This document shows positions 1-11,049 of a stretch of 64,000 bases of DNA, piece by piece. The notes under the pieces are model-generated. The model saw nothing but the letters and a program-made list of their open reading frames with translations. It searched no databases and was not told the DNA's origin. The translations under genes were made by a program, and so were the position numbers. The number at the start of each line of letters is the position of its first letter. The stretch's first letter is position 1. Source of the stretch: Polaromonas sp. (lineage in GTDB: Bacteria > Pseudomonadota > Gammaproteobacteria > Burkholderiales > Burkholderiaceae_C); NCBI GenBank assembly GCA_965228025.1, contig CBDDGX010000032.1, positions 35,113 through 99,112 on the forward strand. Reading direction: 5' to 3'.

Positions 1-1
1 C

Positions 2-640
2 CTTTTTGGAGTCAACAAAGGCGCTTCCATTTGGGGCACGGCTGTTGCCACCGCACAATTTGCCCGCCGCGTGGACATGCGCTGGTCGGCCCTGCTGCCG
101 GCAGCAGCTGCCGGATTTGCCGGTTCACTGGCAGGGGCCTGGCTGGTAACGGTTGTTTCCGGCGGTTTTTTGCGGAAAGCCCTGCCCTTTGTACTGGTCG
201 CAGTACTGGCGTACACGCTGGTGAAAAAGGACATGGGGCGGCATCACGCACCACGCTTCAGCGGCCGCGCCGAAACCCTGGCCGCCTGCTGCATCGGGTT
301 GGTGCTGGGCTTTTATGACGGCTTTTTCGGCCCGGGTACAGGCAGCTTTTTTGTTTTCCTGTTTGTACGCTGGCTGGGTTACGACTTCCTGAACGCGTCG
401 GCATCCGCAAAACTCCTCAACACCGCCACCAATCTTGCCGCGCTGGGCCTGTTTGCATACAAAGGCCATGTCTGGTGGCATTTCGCCCTGACCATGGCGG
501 TTGCCAATGTGGTGGGCAGTCTGCTGGGCACGCGTCTGGCGCTCAAGCATGGTGCTGGTTTTGTGCGCCTGGTGTTTATCTTCGTGGTGAGCGCACTCAT
601 CCTCAAAACCGGCTTTGACGCCTTCCTGCGCCAGACGTGA
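2..640 (+). CDS. Sulfite exporter TauE/SafE family membrane protein (5' end outside window)
   Basis: Frame is open from position 2 (LFGVNKGASIWGT...). Hydrophobic protein with GFYDGFFGPGTG and NTATN motifs typical of TauE/SafE. Confidence 0.85.
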   Translation, partial: LFGVNKGASIWGTAVATAQFARRVDMRWSALLPAAAAGFAGSLAGAWLVTVVSGGFLRKALPFVLVAVLAYTLVKKDMGRHHAPRFSGRAETLAACCIGLVLGFYDGFFGPGTGSFFVFLFVRWLGYDFLNASASAKLLNTATNLAALGLFAYKGHVWWHFALTMAVANVVGSLLGTRLALKHGAGFVRLVFIFVVSALILKTGFDAFLRQT

Positions 641-701
641 CTGTTTTTGGAGGGGCAGCGGCCTGAACCGCGCAGGTGAATAACCTTTTTTTTGGCAGGC
701 C

Positions 702-721
702 AAACGATAACTATTCGCATT
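702..721. promoter_or_regulatory. Putative Fur box
   Basis: AAACGATAACTATTCGCATT (reverse complement AATGCGAATAGTTATCGTTT) resembles the Fur consensus and lies ~45 bp upstream of an iron ABC operon. Confidence 0.65.
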
Positions 722-765
722 GCAAAAATACAATGCCCCCACCTTTACAGACATCAGGAAGACTC

Positions 766-1815
766 ATGCGCCCGGTCACTTCATTTATGCCCGTCCTTTC
801 ACGCAGTTGTGCACTCATAGCCGCCGCAGTACTGTGCGCGCCAGCCTTTGCAGCCGAAGAGGTCAACCTTTACACCACGCGGGAACCAGCCCTGATCCAG
901 CCCCTGCTGGACGCTTTCAGCAAGGACAGCGGCGTGAAGGTCAATACGGTGTTCCTGAAAGACGGCATGCTGGAGCGTGTGAAGACCGAAGGTGCACGTT
1001 CACCGGCGGACGTGCTCATGTCCGTCGATATCGGCAACCTGGTCGACCTGGTTGACGGTGGCGTGACGCAACCCGTCAGGTCCGCCGTGCTTGAAAAAAC
1101 CCTGCCCGCCAATCTGCGCGACGCCAACGGCCAGTGGTTTGCCCTGTCACAGCGCGACCGCGTGATCTACGTGCAGAAGGATTCAAAGCTGGACAAGCTG
1201 ACCTATGAGGACCTTGCCGATCCGAAATTCAAGGGCAAGGTCTGCATACGCGCCGGCCAGCACCCCTACAACACGGCACTGGTCGCCGCCAAGATTGCAC
1301 ATGATGGCGAAGCCGAAACCGAAAAATGGCTGCGTGGCATAAAAGCCAACCTCGGCCGCAAGGCGGGTGGCGGTGACCGCGACGTGGCACGGGACATCCT
1401 GGGCGGCATTTGCGACATCGGTGTGGCCAACGCCTACTACGTCGGCCAGATGAAAAACGCAGCTGCTGGCAGCGATGGGCGCAAATGGGGCGACGCCATC
1501 AGGGTGATACGCCCGACGTTTGCGACCGTGAAAAGCGGCGGCGGTACACACGTCAATATCTCCGGCGCTGCGGTTGCCAGAAATGCGCCCAACAAGACCA
1601 ACGCCGTCAAGCTGATCGAGTTCCTGGTATCCGAGCCTGCCCAGAGCATGTATGCCAAAGGCAATTACGAATATCCGATCCGCGCCGGCGTGGCGCTGGA
1701 CCCTGTGATGGCTGCACTGGGGCCGCTCAAGACTGATGCCCTGTCGGTTGCAGAGATTGCCAAATACCGCAAGCAGGCCAGCCAGCTGGTCGACAAGGTC
1801 GGGTTCGACAATTGA
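766..1815 (+). CDS. Fe3+ ABC transporter substrate-binding protein (FbpA/FutA family)
   Basis: Signal peptide, EEVNLYTTRE, SPADV, GICDIGVANAYY (tyrosine pair), HVNISGA. ATG 766 follows AGGAAG. Confidence 0.9.
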   Translation: MRPVTSFMPVLSRSCALIAAAVLCAPAFAAEEVNLYTTREPALIQPLLDAFSKDSGVKVNTVFLKDGMLERVKTEGARSPADVLMSVDIGNLVDLVDGGVTQPVRSAVLEKTLPANLRDANGQWFALSQRDRVIYVQKDSKLDKLTYEDLADPKFKGKVCIRAGQHPYNTALVAAKIAHDGEAETEKWLRGIKANLGRKAGGGDRDVARDILGGICDIGVANAYYVGQMKNAAAGSDGRKWGDAIRVIRPTFATVKSGGGTHVNISGAAVARNAPNKTNAVKLIEFLVSEPAQSMYAKGNYEYPIRAGVALDPVMAALGPLKTDALSVAEIAKYRKQASQLVDKVGFDN

Positions 1816-1876
1816 GCCTGAGTTACACGCCGCGAGCTACACGCCCTGACACGATGAGGGCCCTCTGCGCCTCCTG

Positions 1877-3511
1877 ATGTCCTGGCGGGGCGGCAGCGTC
1901 ATGCTGCCGGTCGCGGCATTGCTGGCGCTCATGGTGCTGGCGCCACTGGCAATGCTGGTCTGGTTTGCCCTGCACGCCGATACAGCGCACTGGGCGCACC
2001 TGGCAACACATGTACTGCCACATGCGTTCGCCAATACCGTCTTGCTATTGCTGGGTGTCGGTACGCTGGCGGCGCTGCTTGGCACCGGCAGTGCCTGGCT
2101 TGTAACGGCCTATGACTTCCCGGGCAGGCGGGTGCTCTCATGGGCATTGCTGCTGCCGCTGGCAGTGCCCACCTACATAGTGGCATATGCCTACCTTGAC
2201 CTGCTGCACCCGATAGGCCCGCTGCAGACGGCACTGCGGGCATTGCTGGGTTATGACAATCCCCGGCAGTTCCGCCTGCCTGATTTACGTTCGCTGCAGG
2301 GTGCGATTTTTGTACTCGGCTTTGTGCTTTACCCCTATGTGTACCTGAGCACCCGTGTCATGTTCATGAGCCAGGCAGCGAGTCTTCTGGAGGCCGCACG
2401 CACACTGGGTGCCACACGCCGCGAAACCTTCTTTCGTGTTGTGTTGCCCATGGCGCGACCGGCCATCGCCGTCGGCCTGAGCCTCGCGCTGCTGGAAACA
2501 CTCAATGACATAGGTGCATCGGAGTTCCTCGGCGTGCAGACGCTCACGGTTGCGGTCTACACCACCTGGATCACGCGTTCAGACCTGGGAGGTGCAGCGC
2601 AGATCGCATTGGCCATGCTCATCATCGTGGTCGGCCTGATATTGCTGGAGCGCCACGGGCGCAAGCGTCAGCGCTTTTCGGGTACACAGCGCATGCGGCC
2701 CATGCAGGCCACGCGGCTTCGTGGCGGCAAGGCCCTCATGGCTTTCACACTGGGCGCGCTGCCTGTCATCATCGGCTTTTGCGCGCCCGCCGCCTACCTG
2801 GTGGCGGAAACCTTCAAGCGCCTGCACCTGGCGGGCGGGGTATCTGCGCAACTGCTTGCCGGGCTGCGCAACACGCTGGTGGTGGCGACGGCTGCAACTG
2901 TACTCACCCTGCTGTGCGGTCTGGCCATCGCATGGGCAGCAAGAACGCTGCGCTCGGGCAGCGGCTTTGACCCTGCACGCGCATGTGCGCGCATTGCGGG
3001 CCTGGGCTACGCTGTGCCCGGCACCGTTCTGGCGATAGGCCTGCTCACGCCCTTGCTGATGATAGACAGGGCCTGGGGATTTGTGACCGGTCACGGCGGG
3101 CTGTTTCTGATGGGTTCCATGACAGCACTGGTGATTGCCTACGCGATTCGTTTTCTGGCCATATCGTCGGGCGGTATAGAAGCCGGCCTGACACGCATTC
3201 CGCCATCGCTGGAGCAGGCCTCAAGACTGCTCGGGGAAACTGCGGCAGGAACATTGCGGCGCGTACACCTGCCACTGCTGCGTCCGGCGCTGGCGGCGAG
3301 CGCGCTGCTGGTGTTTGTCGATGCCATGAAAGAACTGCCGGTCACGCTGCTGCTCAGACCCATGAATTTCGATACGCTGGCCACCTGGCTGTATGCAGAT
3401 GCCGCACGAGGCAGTTACGAAGAGGGCGCCGTGGCTGCGCTTGCCATCGTCGCCGCAGGGCTGCTTCCGGTCATACTGCTGGCCCGCACCAACCTGAAAA
3501 TGGGCCGATGA
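1877..3511 (+). CDS. Fe3+ ABC transporter permease (FbpB type, fused halves)
   Basis: Two EAA-type loops (EAARTLG, EQASRLLG); ~12 TM segments. Confidence 0.9.
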   Translation: MSWRGGSVMLPVAALLALMVLAPLAMLVWFALHADTAHWAHLATHVLPHAFANTVLLLLGVGTLAALLGTGSAWLVTAYDFPGRRVLSWALLLPLAVPTYIVAYAYLDLLHPIGPLQTALRALLGYDNPRQFRLPDLRSLQGAIFVLGFVLYPYVYLSTRVMFMSQAASLLEAARTLGATRRETFFRVVLPMARPAIAVGLSLALLETLNDIGASEFLGVQTLTVAVYTTWITRSDLGGAAQIALAMLIIVVGLILLERHGRKRQRFSGTQRMRPMQATRLRGGKALMAFTLGALPVIIGFCAPAAYLVAETFKRLHLAGGVSAQLLAGLRNTLVVATAATVLTLLCGLAIAWAARTLRSGSGFDPARACARIAGLGYAVPGTVLAIGLLTPLLMIDRAWGFVTGHGGLFLMGSMTALVIAYAIRFLAISSGGIEAGLTRIPPSLEQASRLLGETAAGTLRRVHLPLLRPALAASALLVFVDAMKELPVTLLLRPMNFDTLATWLYADAARGSYEEGAVAALAIVAAGLLPVILLARTNLKMGR

Positions 3512-4284
3512 CAACTCTTCTTGCACTTCAGAAAGTGCTTCTTGCCTACGACATGCCCGACGGACTGCACGAGGTCGTCAGGGACTTCTCACTCGACCTT
3601 GCGCGTGGCGACATCGGCTGCCTGCTGGGTGCATCGGGATGCGGGAAGTCCACTGTGCTGCGGGCCATCGCCGGCTTTGAGCCGGTGCGCAGTGGCAGCA
3701 TCTCACTGGACGGCGTAGTGATTTCTTCGCCCTCCCGCATCGTCGCACCCGAGCTGCGCCGTGTCGGCATGATGTTTCAGGACTACGCGCTGTTCCCCCA
3801 CCTGACGGTGGCGCAAAACGTAGCCTTCGGCCTGCGCCGCCAGGACAGGGCCACGCAGCAAAAGCGCGTGGCCGAAATGCTGGAGCTTGTGGCGCTGGCA
3901 GAGGCCGGTGGCAGCTACCCGCACGAACTCTCGGGTGGCCAGCAGCAACGCGTCGCACTGGCGCGCGCACTGGCACCGGCCCCCGATCTTCTGCTTCTGG
4001 ACGAGCCGTTCTCTAACCTTGACGTTGACACGCGCGAACACCTTGCATTCGAGGTCAGGGACATCCTGCGCGCCACAGAGCACACCGCCATCCTTGTCAC
4101 CCACAACCAGGCCGAGGCATTTGCCATCGCCGACAGGATAGGCATCATGTCTGCGGGACAGATACGGCAATGGGACTCCCCCTACAACCTCCACAACCAC
4201 CCGCAAGATGATTTTGTAAGGGACTTCATACGGCGCGAAGCCCTCACGACGCAGCGCGCCGCCGCCTATGAACGGCGGCCCTGA
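3508..4284 (+). CDS. Fe3+ ABC transporter ATP-binding protein
   Basis: Walker A GASGCGKS, signature LSGGQQQ, Walker B LLLLDE. ATGA overlap with the permease stop. Confidence 0.92.
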   Translation: MTTLLALQKVLLAYDMPDGLHEVVRDFSLDLARGDIGCLLGASGCGKSTVLRAIAGFEPVRSGSISLDGVVISSPSRIVAPELRRVGMMFQDYALFPHLTVAQNVAFGLRRQDRATQQKRVAEMLELVALAEAGGSYPHELSGGQQQRVALARALAPAPDLLLLDEPFSNLDVDTREHLAFEVRDILRATEHTAILVTHNQAEAFAIADRIGIMSAGQIRQWDSPYNLHNHPQDDFVRDFIRREALTTQRAAAYERRP

Positions 4285-4291
4285 AGCACCC

Positions 4292-6394
4292 CTAGCGCGG
4301 TAACGGTGAAGCGAGGCGGGCCACCGCCTGCGAGGCAGCAGGCCTGGCTGGTGCAGCAGCCGGTACTGCAGCCACGGCGGGCGGTGCGGAGGCAAATGAG
4401 GCAGGGGATGCAGCCGCCTTCGCAAGCTCGGCCGCAGGAGCGCCATTGAGAACCGGCAAAAGCGCAGTCATCTCGGCGACGCGGCGGGGTTTGCCTATCG
4501 GGGCCGCAGCAGCCCCCTTTTGCACAGCGGCCATGTCTTCCTCGCTGGGGTAAAGGCCCATCAGCATGTAGTCAAACACGCGGCGCGCGATGGGCGCCGC
4601 CGCCCCCGCACCCCAGCCCGCGTTCTCGACAATCACGGCCAGTGCGATCTTGGGGTCCTCTGCGGGCGCCATGGCGATATACAGGGCGTGGTCACGCTGG
4701 TGCTCTTCCATCTTGGCACTGTTGTATTTGCCCTTGGCCGCCATGGTCACGGCCTGTGCAGTGCCAGTCTTGCCGCCGCTGAGGTAACCCGCCCCCGCAA
4801 ACACCCTGGTGGACGTTCCACCTTGTGTCACGCCCAGCAGGGCCTTGCGGATGATGGCCACATTTTCAGGCTTATAGCCCAGGTCTTCCGCAGGGGCCAT
4901 GGGCAGGGAATGCATGACTCGGGTGACAGGGTCCTGCGTGCCTATGACCAGGCGAGGCTTGTGCTTCACGCCGTTATTGGCAATGATGGCCGTTGCCTGC
5001 GCCAGTTGCAGCATGGTAAAGCTGTTGTAGCCCTGGCCAATGCCGAGCGAGATGGTTTCGCCTGCAAACCACTTCTGCTGTTCCTGCTTTTTGAAATAAC
5101 CACGCTTCCAGGCCTGGCTGGGCAGGATGCCGCGGACTTCGCCATTGATGTCTATGCCCGTTGTCTGGCCAAATCCCAGCGGCTTCATGAAGTCATGGAT
5201 GCTGTCCACGCCCATCTCGTTGGCCAGCGAATAAAAATACACATTGCTCGACTCAACAATGGCGCGGTTCATGTCCATGATGCCGCCCTTCTCGTTTTCA
5301 GGGCTGCCAAAACGCCGGCCACCGAACATGTAAAAACCGGGGTCGTTGATCAGCGTGGCGGGCGAACGGGCACCGGTCTGCAGCGCGGCCATGGCCATGA
5401 AGGGCTTGTAGGTGGAGCCCGGCGGGTAAGTACCGCGCAACGCCCGGTTCAACAAGGGCTTGTCTATTGACTCGTTAAGCGACTCCCAGCTCTCGGTGTC
5501 GATACCGTCCACAAACAGGTTGGGGTCGAAGGTCGGCTTGCTGACGAAGGCCAGTACATCGCCGGTCTTGGGGTCCAACGCTACCAGCGCGCCGCGCCTG
5601 TCGCCAAACATGTCTTCCACCAGCTTTTGCAGCTTGATGTCCAGCGACAGCATGACGGTATTGCCTGGGGTTGCCGGGTTGGTCGCCAGCTTGCGCACCG
5701 CACGCCCTCCGGCAGATGTCTCAACCTGCTCAACGCCCGTGGTGCCGTGCAATTGCTGCTCAAAACTTTGCTCGACGCCGAGCTTGCCGATGTAGTCGGT
5801 GCCCCGGTAGTTGCCTTCGTCATCGCCTTCTTCGATGGCTTCTTTTTCAGCCTGGTTGATGCGGCCTATGTAGCCCACCACATGACTGCCAAGCTCGCCA
5901 TAAGGGTAGTTGCGAAACAGCCGGGCCTTGATGTCCACACCCGGAAAGCGGAAGCGCTGCGCAGCAAACCGCGCGACCTCTTCATCGGTCAGGCGTGTGC
6001 GTATGGGCAGCGACTCGAAGTTTTTGGACTCTTCACGCAGGCGCTTGAAACGGCGCTTGTCGCGCAGCTGGATGTCCACGACCTTCTCGAGTGCAGCGAT
6101 GGTCTCCTCCAGGTTATCAACCCTTGAGGGCGTGATTTCCAGCGTGTAGGCAGAGTAGTTGGTCGCCAGCACCACGCCGTTGCGGTCAAGGATCAGTCCG
6201 CGGTTGGGCACGATGGGAACAACGGCAGTGCGGTTGTTCTCGGCCTGCTCGTTGAGATCGGTATGGCGGTAAACCTGCAGGTAAACCAGGCGTGCACCCA
6301 GCAATGAAAATGCAAACAGCACAGCCACGCTCGCCACCAGCACCCGCGCACGAAAGCGCGACAGGTCGGCTTCAACATTGCGAAGCTCAGTCAT
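4292..6394 (-). CDS. mrdA: Penicillin-binding protein 2
   Basis: PGSTYK (SxxK), SSN (SxN) and KTGT motifs; downstream of mreBCD. Confidence 0.95.
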   Translation of the reverse strand: MTELRNVEADLSRFRARVLVASVAVLFAFSLLGARLVYLQVYRHTDLNEQAENNRTAVVPIVPNRGLILDRNGVVLATNYSAYTLEITPSRVDNLEETIAALEKVVDIQLRDKRRFKRLREESKNFESLPIRTRLTDEEVARFAAQRFRFPGVDIKARLFRNYPYGELGSHVVGYIGRINQAEKEAIEEGDDEGNYRGTDYIGKLGVEQSFEQQLHGTTGVEQVETSAGGRAVRKLATNPATPGNTVMLSLDIKLQKLVEDMFGDRRGALVALDPKTGDVLAFVSKPTFDPNLFVDGIDTESWESLNESIDKPLLNRALRGTYPPGSTYKPFMAMAALQTGARSPATLINDPGFYMFGGRRFGSPENEKGGIMDMNRAIVESSNVYFYSLANEMGVDSIHDFMKPLGFGQTTGIDINGEVRGILPSQAWKRGYFKKQEQQKWFAGETISLGIGQGYNSFTMLQLAQATAIIANNGVKHKPRLVIGTQDPVTRVMHSLPMAPAEDLGYKPENVAIIRKALLGVTQGGTSTRVFAGAGYLSGGKTGTAQAVTMAAKGKYNSAKMEEHQRDHALYIAMAPAEDPKIALAVIVENAGWGAGAAAPIARRVFDYMLMGLYPSEEDMAAVQKGAAAAPIGKPRRVAEMTALLPVLNGAPAAELAKAAASPASFASAPPAVAAVPAAAPARPAASQAVARLASPLPR

Positions 6395-6404
6395 GACCCG
6401 AAGT

Positions 6405-6450
6405 GCCCCCTCGGGGGCAAAGAGCTACATGCAGTGAGCGAACGTGGGGG
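6405..6450. repeat. Short palindromic repeat, CCCCC(C)GAGGGGGC family (copy 1, partial)
   Basis: Minus strand CCCCCACGTTCGCTCACTGCATGTAGCTCTTTGCCCCCGAGGGGGC aligns by eye with the copy at 54785-54861. Confidence 0.75.
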
Positions 6451-6451
6451 C

Positions 6452-6970
6452 TCATAAAGGTCTATTTTCGTCCGGATTCGGAGCACGGCGCTGCGGCACC
6501 AGCAGCAGCACGCTCACCACAGGCCAGAGCATCGCTTCAAGGACGGGTGCTAGCACTATCAGCCAACCAGGGAACATACCGCCACCCACCATGCGGATGA
6601 TGACTTCCACGCCATGCGCGATGGCAAACAGGGGCAGCACCTGCAGGGCCTGCGACGGGACGGGAAACCACAGAAGGCGCCTGTGGATCATGGTCGCGAA
6701 AAAACTCAGCGCCGTATACGACAGCGCATGCTGACCCATCAGCGATGACTGGTGCACATCCATGCCCAGCCCAAACATGAAGGCCACGCCTATGCCTATG
6801 CGCAACGGCTGGTGCACATTCCAGAACACCAGCACCAGCGCGAGGAAGTCCGGCATCCAGGGGGTGCGTCCCAGTGGCAGCATGTCAAGCAACAGGGCCG
6901 CGATGAGGCTGCACCAGATAAAAACCGGGTTGGCGGGCAACAGCAGCTGCTGGCCTGATGGCATGATCAT
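6452..6970 (-). CDS. mreD: Rod shape-determining protein MreD
   Basis: Hydrophobic; PDFLALVLVFW and GLGMDV motifs; lies between mreC and mrdA. Start MIMPSGQQLLLP chosen. Confidence 0.92.
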   Translation of the reverse strand: MIMPSGQQLLLPANPVFIWCSLIAALLLDMLPLGRTPWMPDFLALVLVFWNVHQPLRIGIGVAFMFGLGMDVHQSSLMGQHALSYTALSFFATMIHRRLLWFPVPSQALQVLPLFAIAHGVEVIIRMVGGGMFPGWLIVLAPVLEAMLWPVVSVLLLVPQRRAPNPDENRPL

Positions 6971-6989
6971 GTCGTCAATCCTTTCGTGC

Positions 6990-7913
6990 TCATCGGGCGG
7001 CGCCTTTTTTGCCTGCAACCGGCGCTTCTGCCGCAGCTTCAGGCCTTGGCGGTATCTGGCCAGACACAGGCTTGACCACCATCACATGCCGGGCTCCAGT
7101 GACCAGGGCCTGCGGCGTGCAATAAATTTTGGCAAATGCAGATTCTGCACGCCGCTCAATACGGGTGATTTTTGCCACCGGCAAACCAGGCGGGTAAACG
7201 CCGTCGACACCACTGGTGGTCAACAGGTCGCCTTCCTTCACATCCGAATTGCTGCCCATGAACCGCAGTTCAAGCCCGGTGCCGCCGGCAGAGGGGTCGC
7301 CATAGGCCACACTGCGTGCGCCGGTGCGTGCGTTGAGCACCGGGATGGCAAGGTCGCGGTCATTGACCAGCGTGACCTCGCTCACCAGGGGGTGAACACG
7401 CGTGACCTGGCCCAGAACACCGGCTTCATCCAGCACCGGCGAGCCCAGGTCAACGCCCTGCAGCATGCCCTTGCCGATGATGACCTTGCGTGTGTAGGGG
7501 TCGGCGGCGTCATAAAGAACCTCGGCAGCCATCACCGAGGTGGCGAGTTGCTCGCGCAGCCCCAGCAGCTTGCGCAACCGGTCGTTTTCCTGCAGCAGCT
7601 GTTCAACCTGTCCGGCACGAAGGGATTGCAGCGCAAGTTTCTTGCGCGCCTCCTCGCTGCTGGAGTTGGCCTGGCTCAGGCTGGTGAAATATTCACTGCT
7701 GCCGCGCACTGCACGCACGGGTTGCAGGGCTATCCACTGCACCGGGTAGAGCGCCGTAGCCAGCACCGCACGTACAGGCTGGGTAATGCGAAAACGTGTG
7801 TCGGCCACCATCAGGAACAGCGCCAGGGCGCTGAAAAACATCAGCTTGGACAGCGCCGACGGTCCCTGCTTGAAGAAGGATGGCGGGGATCTGTCCAGGG
7901 TTCCTAAAGGCAT
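6990..7913 (-). CDS. mreC: Rod shape-determining protein MreC
   Basis: N-terminal TM, coiled coil (ENDRLRKLL), LTTSGVDGVYPPGLPV. Confidence 0.95.
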   Translation of the reverse strand: MPLGTLDRSPPSFFKQGPSALSKLMFFSALALFLMVADTRFRITQPVRAVLATALYPVQWIALQPVRAVRGSSEYFTSLSQANSSSEEARKKLALQSLRAGQVEQLLQENDRLRKLLGLREQLATSVMAAEVLYDAADPYTRKVIIGKGMLQGVDLGSPVLDEAGVLGQVTRVHPLVSEVTLVNDRDLAIPVLNARTGARSVAYGDPSAGGTGLELRFMGSNSDVKEGDLLTTSGVDGVYPPGLPVAKITRIERRAESAFAKIYCTPQALVTGARHVMVVKPVSGQIPPRPEAAAEAPVAGKKGAAR

Positions 7914-7947
7914 GAATCGTCAGGTCGGTTGGAGACCTGGGGCGGGA

Positions 7948-9042
<1,095 letters not shown>

Positions 9043-9246
9043 TTATGATTGATCGATGACGGGTAAGCGGGGAGGACGCTGGAAAACCGGTTTCAAGCGT
9101 TTAAAAAACGCCTAAAGAGTGCATCCCGCCCTGATTTCACACCAAAGGCGGGATAATAACGCATCCCCTTTTCTCCAATGGCCATTATCAGGCGCATTGC
9201 CCCTTATTTACACCCCGTTTCAGCTTGATTTTCAGCTCATTTATTC

Positions 9247-9546
9247 ATGGCACTGACATCCCAGGAAATCGCAAGAGTCGCCAATCTGGCGCGGCTTGAA
9301 TTGCGCCCCGACGAAACCGAGCGCGTGCTGACCCAGCTCAATGGCTTTTTCAAGCTGGTCGAGCAGATGGATGCAGTCAACACCGACGGCGTCGAGCCGC
9401 TGGCCCACCCGGCGGCGGTGCTGGGTGATGTCGCCCTGCGCCTGCGCGACGATATCGCCAGCGAACCCAACCAGCGCGAGGCCAGCCAGGTCAGTGCGCC
9501 GGCCGTCGAACGTGGCCTGTTTTTGGTCCCGAAGGTGATCGAATGA
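9247..9546 (+). CDS. gatC: Asp/Glu-tRNA amidotransferase subunit C
   Basis: [11 protein letters not shown]...LFLVPKVIE; overlaps the gatA start. Confidence 0.95.
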   Translation: MALTSQEIARVANLARLELRPDETERVLTQLNGFFKLVEQMDAVNTDGVEPLAHPAAVLGDVALRLRDDIASEPNQREASQVSAPAVERGLFLVPKVIE

Positions 9547-11039
9547 GCGCCGCCCTGCATGATCTGGGCGTGGCGCAACTCGCCGCCAAACTCGCCGCCA
9601 AAGAAGTTTCCAGCGTCGAGGTGACGCAGCATTTCCTTTCGCGCATCAAGGCGCAGGACGCGTTGGGCGCTTTTCTGGCGACCGACAGCGACGTATCACT
9701 GGCGCAAGCCAGGGCCGCCGATGCCCGCCTCGCCGCCGGGGAGCGTACGCCGCTGCTTGGCGTGCCCATGGCGCACAAGGACGTGTTCGTCACGCGTGAG
9801 TTTCCGACCACCGCCGGCTCAAAAATGCTGGAGAACTACCGCAGCCCGTTCGACGCTACCGTGGTGGCCCGCCTCGGGGTAGCGGCAGGCGGCGCCGGCA
9901 TGGTCACGCTGGGCAAGCTCAACTGCGATGAATTTGCCATGGGTTCGGGCAACGAAAACAGTGCGTACAAACCGGTGCAGAACCCCTGGGACATCACGCG
10001 CATTCCGGGCGGATCGTCAGGCGGATCGGCAGCGGCCATCGCCGCCGGGCTGGTGCCTGCGGCCACGGGCACAGACACCGGCGGCTCCATCCGCCAGCCC
10101 GCATCACTGACAGGCATCACCGGCATCAAGCCGACCTATGGCCGATGCTCGCGTTACGGCATGGTCGCCTATGCCTCCAGCCTGGACCAGGCAGGCCCAA
10201 TGGCACGCAGCGCGCTGGATTGCGCCCTGCTGCTCTCAGCGATGGCCGGCCCCGACCTGGACCGTGACTCCACATCGCTCGACCTGCCCGCCACGGACTA
10301 TGCCGCCGGCCTGTCCGCGAGCGCCGCGGGTGCAACGCCACTTAAGGGCCTTCGCATCGGTTTGCCAAAGCAGTTCTTCGGTGCTGGCTGCGCAGAAGAC
10401 GTGATCAGCGCCGTGCGCGGTGCGCTGGCTGAGTTTGAAAAGCTGGGCGCTACGCTGGTCGATGTCGACCTGCCGCTGACAGAGCTGTCCATCCCGGTGT
10501 ACTACGTGATCGCGCCCGCTGAAGCCAGCAGCAACCTGAGCCGTTTTGACGGTGTACGTTACGGCCACCGCGCTGCCAACTACAGCGGCCTGACCGACAT
10601 GTACAAGAAGTCGCGCTCCGAAGGTTTTGGTGACGAGGCCACGCGCCGTATCATGATTGGCACGTATGTGCTGTCGCACGGCTACTACGACGCCTACTAC
10701 CTCAAGGCGCAAAAAATCCGCCGCCTGATTGCAGAAGACTTCCAGAAAGCCTTCAAGCAGTGCGACATCATTGCGGGCCCGGTGTCACCCACCGTCGCGT
10801 GGAAAATTGGCGAGAACTCCAACGATCCGGTCGCCAACTACCTGGCCGATATCTACACCCTGTCATCCAGCCTCGCCGGCCTGCCCGGCATGAGCGTGCC
10901 TGCGGGCCTGGGCGCGCACGGCATGCCCGTCGGCCTGCAGTTGATAGGCAACTACTTCAAGGAAGCGCAATTGCTGGGCACCGCCCACCAGTTCCAGCTG
11001 GCGACCGACTGGCACCAGCGCAAGCCCCAGGGCATTTGA
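9543..11039 (+). CDS. gatA: Asp/Glu-tRNA amidotransferase subunit A
   Basis: Amidase signature [22 protein letters not shown]. Confidence 0.97.
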   Translation: MSAALHDLGVAQLAAKLAAKEVSSVEVTQHFLSRIKAQDALGAFLATDSDVSLAQARAADARLAAGERTPLLGVPMAHKDVFVTREFPTTAGSKMLENYRSPFDATVVARLGVAAGGAGMVTLGKLNCDEFAMGSGNENSAYKPVQNPWDITRIPGGSSGGSAAAIAAGLVPAATGTDTGGSIRQPASLTGITGIKPTYGRCSRYGMVAYASSLDQAGPMARSALDCALLLSAMAGPDLDRDSTSLDLPATDYAAGLSASAAGATPLKGLRIGLPKQFFGAGCAEDVISAVRGALAEFEKLGATLVDVDLPLTELSIPVYYVIAPAEASSNLSRFDGVRYGHRAANYSGLTDMYKKSRSEGFGDEATRRIMIGTYVLSHGYYDAYYLKAQKIRRLIAEDFQKAFKQCDIIAGPVSPTVAWKIGENSNDPVANYLADIYTLSSSLAGLPGMSVPAGLGAHGMPVGLQLIGNYFKEAQLLGTAHQFQLATDWHQRKPQGI

Positions 11040-11049
11040 GTGATTTGAC

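Noticed and set aside
3508-4284. Short ABC ATPase lacking a C-terminal TOBE domain
   Set aside because: Short FbpC/FutC-type variants are known and all catalytic motifs are intact.
4285-4300. Absence of rodA after mrdA
   Set aside because: Separation of rodA from mrdA is, as I recall, common in this family; rodA may lie outside the window.
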